DNA of 64,000 nucleotides from Cycas panzhihuaensis (lineage: Eukaryota; Plantae; Cycadophyta): assembly GCA_023213395.1 (NCBI GenBank), contig CM041465.1, positions 142,855,741 through 142,919,740 on the forward strand, written 5' to 3'. This document shows positions 37,640 to 49,093 of the stretch, one piece after another. The position numbers and the translations under genes were made by a program. Position 1 is the stretch's first letter. Each line of letters starts with the position of its first letter. The notes below the pieces were generated by a model. It saw only the letters and a list, made by a program, of their open reading frames with translations, ran no database searches and was not told the DNA's origin.

Positions 37640-39269
37640 CCTCCTCTAGATTATTGGGTGAAAATCAATTTTTATAGGGCAACTAAAGGAAACCCAAGGG
37701 AGGTAGGTGGAGGAGGAATTTGTAGGAACTCTATAGGGGGGATCATGTGGGCCTTTGGAGAGTATTATAGCTGACAAATAAACCATAAGGCAGAGTTGTC
37801 CATTATGTGGAGGGCGATGGAGATGGATCTAGATTTAAAGGAAGGTTGTGATACAGTAATCATAGAAGGAGATTTATTAAATGTGATAAATGTGCTTAGA
37901 GGAGAGGTAATTCCTAACTAGAATACTACAAAAATGATAAGAGATGCTCATGAAGCCCTTAAAGGCAAAGAGAATGCCCAATTTCATCATATTTATAGAG
38001 AAGGTAATAAGGTAGTTGATAAATTATCTAACTAGAGGGGTATTACACAAAATGAACTAGGTATAGAGAAAGGATGTCTCAGAAGAGATTTTGAGCCTAG
38101 TGAAGATAGATATGTAAGACATTTCCCATGTGGAAAAGTAGATATAGCCATAAGGCTTATCATGGCAAGGGTGGGATTGTTTAGGGCTACTGGAGGGTAG
38201 TGGATAGTTAGGCCATGGGCTTGTCATGGCAGATATGATAGCCAAGAGGTAGCTTATATAAATAGGATTAGGGACCTTTTTAAACTCCTTCATTTATACC
38301 ATATCAAAAAAAAAACTTGATTAAAGATAGAAAGAACTATGATCAAAAGTAAAAGAAAAATTTACTTAATCATAAACCATTATTACTAAGTGTGACCAAA
38401 AGTTTAATGATGAAAAGGATGGGAGACCTCCTATGGGATGCTAAGAATAGGTTCTAACTTAATATAGATGCAAGTAGTCCCCAACCTAAAATTAGAGTAA
38501 TGCTGACTCAATAACTTAGTAGGTAATAAGAGTTTCTTGAGGATGTCTTAATGGCATCTTGACCCTTTCGATAATGAGTTGCATGAGTTGATCTAATCTA
38601 AGGATGGGGCTAGGGAAGGGAGTTGGATCTAAACTCTCATATTCTTTCCATAATAATAAATCAAATCACTCAAAAGGACTATATGATATGACTTAATTGT
38701 CTTAAACATAAGACCCAACCAAATCGGTAAAAAATTAGGTAAAAGAGAATATGAGATTTGACAATGATCCTAAGAAAGTTTTAAAAAAGGTTGACACAAA
38801 TTATTAAATAATCAAAATCATAGTGGTGTTATCATTCTATTAAGACTTATGTAGAATCTAAATTTGATATTTTGGTAGAGCTTTAAGGTAAGGGTAGGCT
38901 AATAAACATAAAACAAGCATTATATTATTAAGCAACTATATGAGAAATACAAGATAAATAATTTATTTATATATAAGGTAGGTGAAATAAGCTACTTTAG
39001 GCCAACTGGTCTAATGGTACCCATTAGACTCCATAATGGTAAGTTGCATGGAACCTAAGGGAGGAAGTCTACACATTAGAAGGATATATGTTCTATACTT
39101 AACCCTATTTGAAGATAAGCTATCTCAATATAGATTGACTCAACATAAATTAAGGCTATAATGATTGAGGGTTTGAGTACAAAACACTCAACCTAAGCAA
39201 AAATAAAATGGGGGTAATTAAAGCATAATAAGCCTTAGTGGAACAAATAAGGAGATCTATTCCTAATAA

Positions 39270-42000
39270 GTCAAATGAGTGAACCCAAATTTTCTAGTGA
39301 AAAATTACCAATGCTTAATAATCTTTGGCAATCTTTGAAAGATAAAGTTTTTGCGTAGTTTCCTTGCAATTCACTCATGAGATATAGAATGGGTATTGAT
39401 ATATTTACTTGCCTAGATAAAAGGAATCCCTTATAACAGTGACTAGTGTAGCCATTTTCATGCTCATCACATAGATCACATGGCCCTATAATGCCAAAGA
39501 TTTATGTGAAAAACTTAGAGAAGATAAGATTAAGCAACCTTATATATATAATTAGTCTACAAATAATATTTTAAGAGATATAAGAGGAAGTGAGTTCTCT
39601 ATGAACGTGTCTAATCAATCTTTATGAATAGGGTATGAGTCATAAGCGAGGGAATGAATCTAGGTTTTGGAAATTCTTTGAATCTTTTAAGGCTCAATGA
39701 AAAGGGAATAATTTCAAAACTATGCCCTTATGGTATAAGTATTACTTAACCTCTAAAAAGGGAATGCAAGCCAACTAAATAAAATAGAAAATTATATATA
39801 AATTCTATTTACACTAACCTATAGGGCAAAGATTTATTAATGGACATTCAATATCATATTTGTCAAGTAGTCTACTTCATAATTTTATGAGTGTAGGATA
39901 TGCATAATAGCAAAAGAGTGGAAAATATGAGCTAGATATTGAATATAGTGTAGAGTAGAGGTTAAAGTAAGACTATGTAAAATACAACTACTAGTAACTT
40001 AACCAATTAAAAATTATGAATTATAGTGAAAAGTAATATACTGCACATTTGATAAAATGATAGATCATATGGTAGTAATGGTAGCTTTAAACTTATCCAA
40101 TTTATTAGTATAATTATCAATGAGTTTTTCAATGACTTCAAAGAGATTTCCATTGGAGTCTCAGATAATCTAGGCAACTATAGACGGATTTTAATTTCTA
40201 CAGGAAGCAACATCAATATAAATGGAAAAAGGTTGGATAACTAACATGATGGTAAAAGAGTAGATTTATCTAGGAAAAAAAGTAAATATTTTAATTATAT
40301 AATCTAATAGAACATGATAGCTTCCAAAATGAAATATTTTGGATAAAACTAGGACAAGTTCTTCTATATAAAAGAAAGGATAAGTCTCACAACACGTTAA
40401 AATATTCAATGAGTTTAAGAAGTTTTCCAAGCTTGAGAACCAAAAGTAAGGGACATAAATATCCCATTAGGCTATGACCCTAGGAAACCAATAAAAAATC
40501 TAATGTGATTACAAAGGCAACATGTATTCCTCAAAGGTGGGATCCAAATACCCATTTATAGCTAAAATAAAAAAAATAGGATCAACAAGATAGGGGTAAC
40601 ATTAATTCATTAGGAAAGAAATGACAAAAGCCAATCAAGGAGGTATACTCTAAGTGGATAAAAACAACTAGAGAATAAAGGAAAATCTATAATGACTTCT
40701 TAAGACTATAAAGCAAATAAAATATTTTATTTTAAAGCTTTTATATTTTTCATGGATTTTAAAAATAAGAGATAGCATAGCATAAGAAAGGAGTCTACCC
40801 ACAACTTATAAAAACAAACTAGTGATAACAATGACAACACATATGTTAAATAAGTTAAAGGCTAGTTCCAAAAGGTCACTAAAAATCTAGGAAGTAAAAC
40901 AAAAATGAGATAAAAATTATTTACATTTAGAAAATCTCATTCATTGGTTAACTAGGCTAAGGTGGATAAGACCAGCTTAAAATATATTAGGTTTTTCAAG
41001 TTAGAAATTTTTAAAGCTTTTGGATTTTTTTTTTAAAGGATTATGCATTAACTAAAAGAAATAAAAGTATATAATCATAAGTGATTGAATTTGAACTAAT
41101 CATTATCAATAAAGGTATATGAAGGCACAAAGAGATGATGAGTAGGAAGATCAGGAAAGTGACCAAAATGCAACAGTGAAAAGGAGAAGAACAAGTAAAA
41201 GTATAAAAGTACATTCTATTGTTAGTCCTATTTGAATGAATAAGAGTGTATTTGGAAATAAGGAATTCATCATTATAAGGTTAAACTGAGTCAAAATAAC
41301 TATAAGAATTAAGCAAAGGTTGATTAGGAATATTAAAATTAACATGATATTGATTAAAAGACCTAGAAATAATGGAAAATCTTAAAAAAAAAAAAAGGTA
41401 ATATCATTTATAAAGGAAGATTGATCAAATGTTTAAGCAATGAGTACATCATTAAAAGAGTCTAAATTATCATAGAAAAGATTTGAATTAGAATTGAGTA
41501 AATGGGAAGATGGTTGAATCTCTCATTTAATTACCTCAAAATTAAAGAAATAGATAAAGTAAAAGCTTTATATAAAAAGGAGGAACTCAATTCCTTTTCA
41601 CTTATTATATGGGAAATGAAAAGCAACTCATTAGGAATATTGGAAAGGGAATTTAAATAAATATTAGATAAAGAAGAGTCAAACAATTCATTAGCTTGAA
41701 TTAATACTTATAAATCCATATCTACAAAGGTAATTTATTTAATCAAATGTGATTCAATTCAAAAGAGATCACATCATCAAAAATTAATGAAGCATTAATG
41801 ATTTTAGAATCAATAATTTCATAATCATGTGAATTGATAAGTACCAAATTATGATCCACATATATAGTAAGGACTGCATACTACAAAGTTAAATTTTTTC
41901 TCAATTACAAAGGAGGCATCCTACCATGAACACATGCAATAAATCTATTCCATTGATTATGATCAATACCACTGAATGGGATGATTTAAGAAATGTTAGA
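39270..42000 (+). mobile_element. Possible highly decayed Ty3/gypsy remnant (gag-like and integrase-tail-like traces)
   Basis: PKFS (~39285), ITWP...IKQ (~39475-39540), PFHLLYGK (~41593-41617); no RT, LTR or TSD found. Confidence 0.3.
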
Positions 42001-43619
42001 AGAAGTACCAATTTAAAATTTTAAAAATAATGAAATTTACTTTATTTTAATAAAGGAATTAAATTTCTCTAGAAAGGGAAGGTAAAATAGCATGTATAGC
42101 CTCTATCTAACTATGAATAAGTAGGATATTATAAGAAAGTTTGATATTGATAACTTCAACATCAAATTTGATAATATTTCCGTGAAATAAAATTGAAACA
42201 TGAGAAATTTAACCCATCGACGAATATTTTCTAGCATCAAATGCTATTATTATCATGGGACTTTTGTCCAAATTTGTATATTAGAGAGTATGTATAAGGG
42301 AAACGGGGACTATAATTGAGAAAGAGCCATCATCAATAATATCTCTATGAATTATTATTTCATTTATAATAACTCGAACCATTAAGGGTCTAGGATTAGG
42401 TAAAGTAGAAATATTAGATGGAAGTAGTATATGATTGAAAGATATCAAATTAGAAATAGATTCAAAAAATTGAATCCTAAGTGAATAAAGACAATCATAT
42501 CTCATAGAAGGACAATACTCCAATATATCATAAAGAGATATACTTGAAGAAATACACTTGAAATCCTTAATAAGGGAATATAAAATAGAAGTTCCTAAAC
42601 CAAGCACTATAGTAGGGTACTTAGGAACCCTAAAAGTTTAAGGGTTAGAGATAATCAAAGGTGATTAAGTATCTTTTAATTGAAGAATTAACTTCTTATT
42701 CTATAGAATTATGTGATAGATATTGAACTACAAAAATGCTAGTAAAATCCATATGCAAGGATTTAAGATAATAAATATGAAAAACAAGCTTCTTACAAAT
42801 AAAGTTGCTAAAATTTTCAAGCTCAAAAAATTGAATACCAAGAGAAGATTGAGAAGTAAATTATGAGGTATATTATTGAGGAGTGGAAGAAGGAATAAAT
42901 AATAATGAATGTTATGTATTTAAAATAAAAAATAAAAATTAAGAGCCAATCATTTGGGAATTATTAGGAGATGATGTATATTTGATTTGTAATGAATCTA
43001 ATTAATTATAAAAATTCTAAATTTAAGAAGATAACTGAACTTTAGCACTTAAATGAGTTGAATGGATAATATATACAAATTTTAAATTATTATTATGAAA
43101 GGGATTCTTATATATATCCATTTATTTATTTGGATTTTATTCATAAGATTATTACATTAGGGCCAAGGTAGAATAAGTCCTAATAGAATAATCTTTAGAA
43201 ATATGGTAATTAGAGCACCAAAGCTACTCACGATAAGTATTCACTTAGTGGTTTATTTTTACATAATCATTATAAGATAAGGGATTTATAAGATGTTGCT
43301 ACTACATATTTTGGGAAGCAATAGAAGGGATATTATTTCAAGGATGGGGGGAGGGGGCGGGGGAGAGGGGAGATTATACTACCTTCTTAACTAGTTAATT
43401 TAAGGTTTGTTTAGATGATATTATACATCCTAGATAAGGGAATTTTAAGGCTCATCTTTCACAATAAGATTTTGAATAAGTTATTTTTATTAGGTAATAG
43501 ATGCTATTAAGTCTAGTAAAGAAGTTGAAGAAATATATGAGGTTGTTTGAATAACTTATCAAGTAGGTCAATATAGAAAAGGTAAGGTTGCCCCCCAACA
43601 CCCCCCCTCCCCCCCCCCC

Positions 43620-44250
43620 AATGACTTTATCTCCATTAGGATAATTAGTACAGATGGCTTTAAAAGAGTTATATTTTTAATAGCTATTAATCTTAATTAA
43701 ATTAAGGCATGCTCATATTAATGAGCAACTTGTTCAAATTATATGAATGACTTAAGGTTCTATCTTAATAATTTAAAATAGATAAAACTAGTTAGACTAT
43801 CAAGAAAGTCTTATTTAAGGATAGTGTCATCAAGAGCAACTATATAATGACTGATCAATTCATAAAAGCTTTTAATATGCTAATTAATAATTTGATGAGA
43901 TGTTTATTTATAAGTTAATAAGGTGTAAAGACCATTATCTTTGATTTTATGCAAGGCAAAATGATCTAGAAAACTTTTGAGTAATTATATGGTATCATTG
44001 ATTGAAATAGGAGGAAGTTTTGTAAACCAAATGTACTAGGATTCTCTAAAATTATGTGGGAAAATAGTTTTATTTGAATAGTATCATTACAAATATCAAG
44101 AGCATTAACAAAAGCATTGACATGCTTCTTAAGGTCCTTATCTAGTTTTCCATAAAACTTAGGTAAATTAGGTGGAATAATGCATATATCTAACACAAAT
44201 ATTGGTGTGACTAAGCAAGATAATCTAATATAAGAAAGGCATTAAATATG
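43620..44250 (-). pseudogene. Ty3/gypsy gag (Retrotrans_gag-like) remnant of element T
   Basis: ORF 43966-44196 PPNLPKFYGKLDKDLKKHVNAF...QIKLF, matching the PKFxG...D...H...F...KLF gypsy gag pattern. Confidence 0.7.
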
Positions 44251-44370
44251 AGACAAGATGAGACTAAGGCTAGATTTTTAAATAGGAGAGAAAGGTTGAC
44301 TCTTTTGTAGAAGACTCATCATGGGTTAAAATAATAATCAAAGTTTCCAAATATCAAATAATAAAACCAT

Positions 44371-47300
44371 TGTTAGAAAACACCAAATATATAAATAGGT
44401 TGATAGAAATATTTATGTATATTAAAGACTTATGGGATAAACAAATTTGACATGGGAACCCTTTCAGGAAAAATCCACCATAGATTATATTATTATATTT
44501 TCACAAATTTGTGTTGTAATTTACAATGGACTTTGATCGATATTTATAGATTGTAAGTGCCTCAAATATTAATATTTAGATTACATCCATCGGCTCACAT
44601 AATACATCACTATTATATTAATAATATTTGCATAATATTATCTCCATATTTACATTAGTTGGTAAGTGATGTAATATCACTCTAACATCCCCTCTTAATG
44701 TAAATGTGGGGTCTTAAAGTCTTCCCAAGGATTTGTCTATCTCTTTATCCTTATTGATAGACCCCCCCTCAAGGATAACCTTAATGAATCTCCTAATTTT
44801 TAATAAATGTTAATGAAGTAATATTTAGTAAGAGCTTGGTGAATACATCATTAAGTTGATCTTTACTTGGACAAAACTCAACCTGCATATTTCTTGATCT
44901 AATTTTCTCTCAGATGTAATGGTGTTATGCCTTATATGTGCATGATTCTTTGGAAGTGTCTCTAATAGTCCCTGCAACCATACAACTCTCTCCCTGTACT
45001 GACACTTAGTCCATAGTACTTAGTCTATTTCCTTGACTAAACTAAGAGGTTAATCCACTTAAGCCATACAGATCTCCTCTTCAAGTCTTCGTTAAAGAAT
45101 GCTAACCTCTCATTCATTTGATGTGATTCCTAACTATATAAAGTTACTAAAGGAAAGATCAATTACATCAATGATAACATAGAGACTGGTGCAAATGTCT
45201 CCTCATAAATGAATCCTTCTTTCTATTTGAAATCATACACATCAAGTTTTTCCAACTTGCAAATTGAATAGGTTCTTTCTTCAAAGGTAAGGGAACCAAA
45301 TCCCACATAAATCACACTCCTCCTCTATTGTATCTCCCAATTAGAAATCTCCTTTTACTAGAATTATTGGTCTCTATTATGAGTCTGACTGGAATGATGA
45401 TCCTCATTCTTCAATCATGCTTTATGTCTTCAACTATCACATTAGAGTCCTCAAAGGTCCTCCTAGCCCACAATGAAACATGTGGTTGAAGCTAGTGCTT
45501 CTTTTTACAATGGCTCCTCATCATTACTCCCATTAGGTCCTACTTCTATCTCAAACATAATGTTAGATATATAAACCTCCATACCTATTAAACCATGGCT
45601 TAGAAAAGAAATAAATAAAGGATAAAACCTATATTTAGATGACACCTCAGTATGATACATCATTAACTTTTCAATTGATATCTAGATTATTTGTAATACT
45701 ATTCCTCACACAAATCACATAGTTTGTAAGCTTTATTTCAAACCCTATATAAATATATTTTAAACTCTTCTGATCCCATTACTATAATCTTCATTTAATC
45801 TATGTGTAATCAATGCACTTAGATAATTAATAGAAGGTTTTTTATCAGTGCAACACAGAACAGGGGATATACCACAAATAGCCTTAGGAGGTACCTTATA
45901 AAATGATTGTCATAATAGCTTCTACTAAAAAGCATAAGAGGTAAATCCTTTGAATGCACGAACACCTCTATATCTATATCATGGTACTATTCTTTACCTA
46001 CAACATAATCTTACTAGGGTACATAGGACAACCAACTCCTATTTGTACAATGACAAAGGTAGAATTGATTTTAATGTAATCTCATCATACACCTTTCTAT
46101 TCACACTTCAATTTCATCATAAATACATTAATGGATTTACATCAGACTTGTTTAGATATGTACAAACATTGAATCAACATCCAATAGGCAATATATCCTC
46201 ATGCTACTATCTGTTCAACCACCCCAAGTATAATGGTCCACTATGAATTGATAACAACTTATACAAGTAGGCCACAAAAAATAGCAATTTTGAACCTCTT
46301 TTATCTCATACATCTGATTTAAAAATAATGATATATATTGAATAAAAACACCACTTTATAATTAAATAAACCACACCTTTGTAAGGAATTATGCAATGAT
46401 TAATACCACAATATATCATTTGCTTTCTTTGTAGCTTAGTATCTTCATACAACATGCCCTTCTCGCCCTTCTATCAATCAATAAATATACACTAATGTTG
46501 ATAGCTTACTTATTAGTCATGCCCCTTCTGTCAATTAGTGAAAACCATTGCCTTAATAACACTCACCCAATAAACTCTTTCATGTAACCACATATAAGAA
46601 AAGCATATCCTTACCTCATATTGCCAAATAGTCACCAATAGAGTGTCTAAAGACACTCACTTTACCATTAAAATGTCACCTTGAGTCATCAATAAATTAC
46701 TAAGGCACATCACATAAGTATCAAACCAATACATTATTCATGCCACCTTCCTCATAGTATAATCAATGCAATGTATATGCCCTCACATATAAATAAGAAA
46801 AGGCCAAATATCTTGTGACCCAAAAAACCACTTTTTGATATATCATAGCCAATTTTACAAAATGATTATCCAAAAATGATCAAAGAAAGGAGGGTGAATA
46901 ATTTAATCCTTAATAAAAGGTATTTTGATATATGATTAATATATCTAGTGTCTTGATAAATGGTTATTAAATATATATTCAATGTGACTTCATGATAATG
47001 ACGATGATAATATGTTAATGGTGCCTAAGTAATTAATACAAATCAATTAGTCGGGTGATTAAAAATCAACACGACTTTAAAATAAATCATATAGATTTAT
47101 TAATTTGGAAAATAGAATATATTATGTAGATCTATAAATGAAAATTATCAATAGTTAGTGATCATAAATATTATGATGAAATGTAATAGGCAATCAATAT
47201 ATTCCCGTGTAACTATAATCATCATATAATTGCAATTCAATGGTGAATATTTAATCATTCACAATGGCAATAAATAAATCTCACACAAATCAAATTATGA

Positions 47301-48418
47301 TCAAATATTAATAAGGTTAATGAAGTTTATCATAGAGATACCTTAGTATTTTAGCAACCTGTGACTATGCACTTCCACAATAGTCTACTCTATGATTATA
47401 AAGAACATAATGCAAAGGCAAGATCTATCTTCTATATTTTTCATTAGCCACAATGACCAATGTACCACCCATAAATAACTGTGATCTTTTGCATCTTTAA
47501 GAATATGCCTTCCACCTCTATAGCTCTTCTGCAAATCCTGCAATAAATACTCATAATATATTGAGTTTACAACTACCTCTACTTCAACATTTTTATGGCT
47601 CTACAACACTAATATGATATGCATCCTCTCTATATCTAGTTGTGTTTAGTCATTTATAACTCAACAAATAGGTTATAAGCTCATACCTACTCACTAGGTA
47701 GTATTTAAGCTCCACATAAATGGTAACACTTCTCATATAGTAGTAAACTTAGTGGTAATAGATATGGCACCTTCTGTAGGTTCAAAATGCATACCAATGA
47801 TGGGCAATAGAGTAACCAAGGGTTATAAATTTTAAAACATAGGGCACTAGCATTTGCTTATACCTACACAAATCAAAACGACCTCTTCTACTTATTTGCA
47901 CACCTCTAAAAACCATTAAATCCCTATAAAATAGATAATAGAAGATAATAAGATCAGCATGCGATCATTGCACCTCCATGGTTGTTCTTTCAATTATTAA
48001 ATAAGACGATCCTCAAAGGGTGATCCAACATTACCTAAAAACCAATGATTGAATTATTTACCTAATATTCATCTACTTGTGCACCACCTATTGCTCTGAT
48101 AACATGTTAGAAAACACTAAGTATCTAGACAAGTGGACAAGAATATTAATATACATAATAAACTCAAAGAATAAGCAAATAGGATAAATAGATTCAACAT
48201 GGAAACCCTTTTGAGAAAAACCCACCACAGATTATAATATTACATTTTTTTTTACAATGAACTTTAATATGTATTTATAGATTATAAGTGCCTAAAATCT
48301 TAATATTTAGATTACATTTGTTAGCTCACATAAGACATCATAATTATATTAATAATATTCATACAATATTATTTCCATATTTATATTAGTCGGTTAATGA
48401 TATAATATCACTCTAACA
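44371..48418 (-). mobile_element. Element G: internally deleted Ty1/copia, 4048 bp
   Basis: LTRs 44371-44687 and 48105-48418; perfect TSD ACCAT; PBS TGTTATCAGAGC on the minus strand at 48093-48104; PPT 44688-44698; minus-strand YEETFAPVS...HQMN...AFFNEDL and FCPSKDQLNDVFTK. Confidence 0.92.
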
Positions 48419-48959
48419 ACCATGAAGAGGAATTTGTAGAATAGATAATATTAGATTATATAATGTAAACTTATGTTTTAATGTTATTATTTAAGTCACA
48501 TGTCATAAAAATTATTTAAGTGATACTAAAGTTATAAACTTATGTTTAAAGTTAATTGACTTGTGGATGGTCGTTGAAATGTAGAATTGCATTCCAACGA
48601 ACCTCCGTCTTATTTATTAGGTTCCTAGATTCATGGAATTAGTTTTAGGAATCTAGGAGGTTTGTCCTTATGCCTGAAACTAGGCTGTTTTAAAGGTTAG
48701 TTATTGTATTATTTTTTTTATTCATTTATTAATTCAATTTAGATTAGGAGGTGGTTTTTCTTCCCCAGAAGGGGTTTTCTACCTGTCAATCCTATGTACA
48801 TGTGCATTGTCATTTTTCTGTGTTTTTCATTTTATACATGTGATTTAATGATTATGTACATGTGCCTATTCCATCATGGTATCAGAGCTGCAAATGTTCC
48901 ATTAATATCTTTGCATAAAACATTTCATCCATACAAAATTCTATAATTTTTTTTTTTTT

Positions 48960-49093
48960 ACACAAAAACTGCCATTAAGGCAGAGCTATTTTTTTATACA
49001 TCAGATTTTTACATAAAAACTGCCATTAAGGCAGAGCCATTTTTTTATATACATCAGATTCTTATACAAAAACTGCCATCAAGGCAGAGCCAT
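48960..49093 (+). repeat. 2.5 copies of a 51-53 bp tandem repeat in the leader of E
   Basis: AAAAACTGCCAT(T/C)AAGGCAGAGC with CTGCC at 48969, 49020 and 49073. Confidence 0.9.

Larger units (their letters stand above)
29787..38150 (+). pseudogene. LINE ORF2 remnant: AP endonuclease, RT, zf-RVT, RNase H (split by F at 33513-37639)
   Basis: MKIIS*NFRG start, SDHSLL, KAPGSDGF, KIDLSKAYDRISW, GLH*GDPLSPY (~31716-31749), NRCVLC...HILLHC, PPLDYWVKINF...KGNP...IIEGD...HIYREGNKVVD. Confidence 0.92.
28028..38313 (+). mobile_element. L1-clade LINE with RNase H, ~6.15 kb net, interrupted by element F
   Basis: Perfect 16-bp TSD AACTTGATTAAAGATA (28012-28027 and 38314-38329); poly(A) from 38306; ORF1 and ORF2 remnants. 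Confidence 0.93.

Noticed and set aside
39009-39029. Hairpin GTCTAATGG-TAC-CCATTAGAC
   Set aside because: Isolated 9-bp stem, plausible by chance in 64 kb of AT-rich DNA
41151-42607. Hydrophobic minus-strand ORFs 41151-41345 and 42281-42607 as membrane or env-like proteins
   Set aside because: Antisense shadows of A-rich decayed DNA with no recognisable domain
48960-49093. CRISPR-like array of palindromic repeats
   Set aside because: The spacers are near-identical to each other, there are only three units, no cas genes, and the context is a eukaryotic retrotransposon
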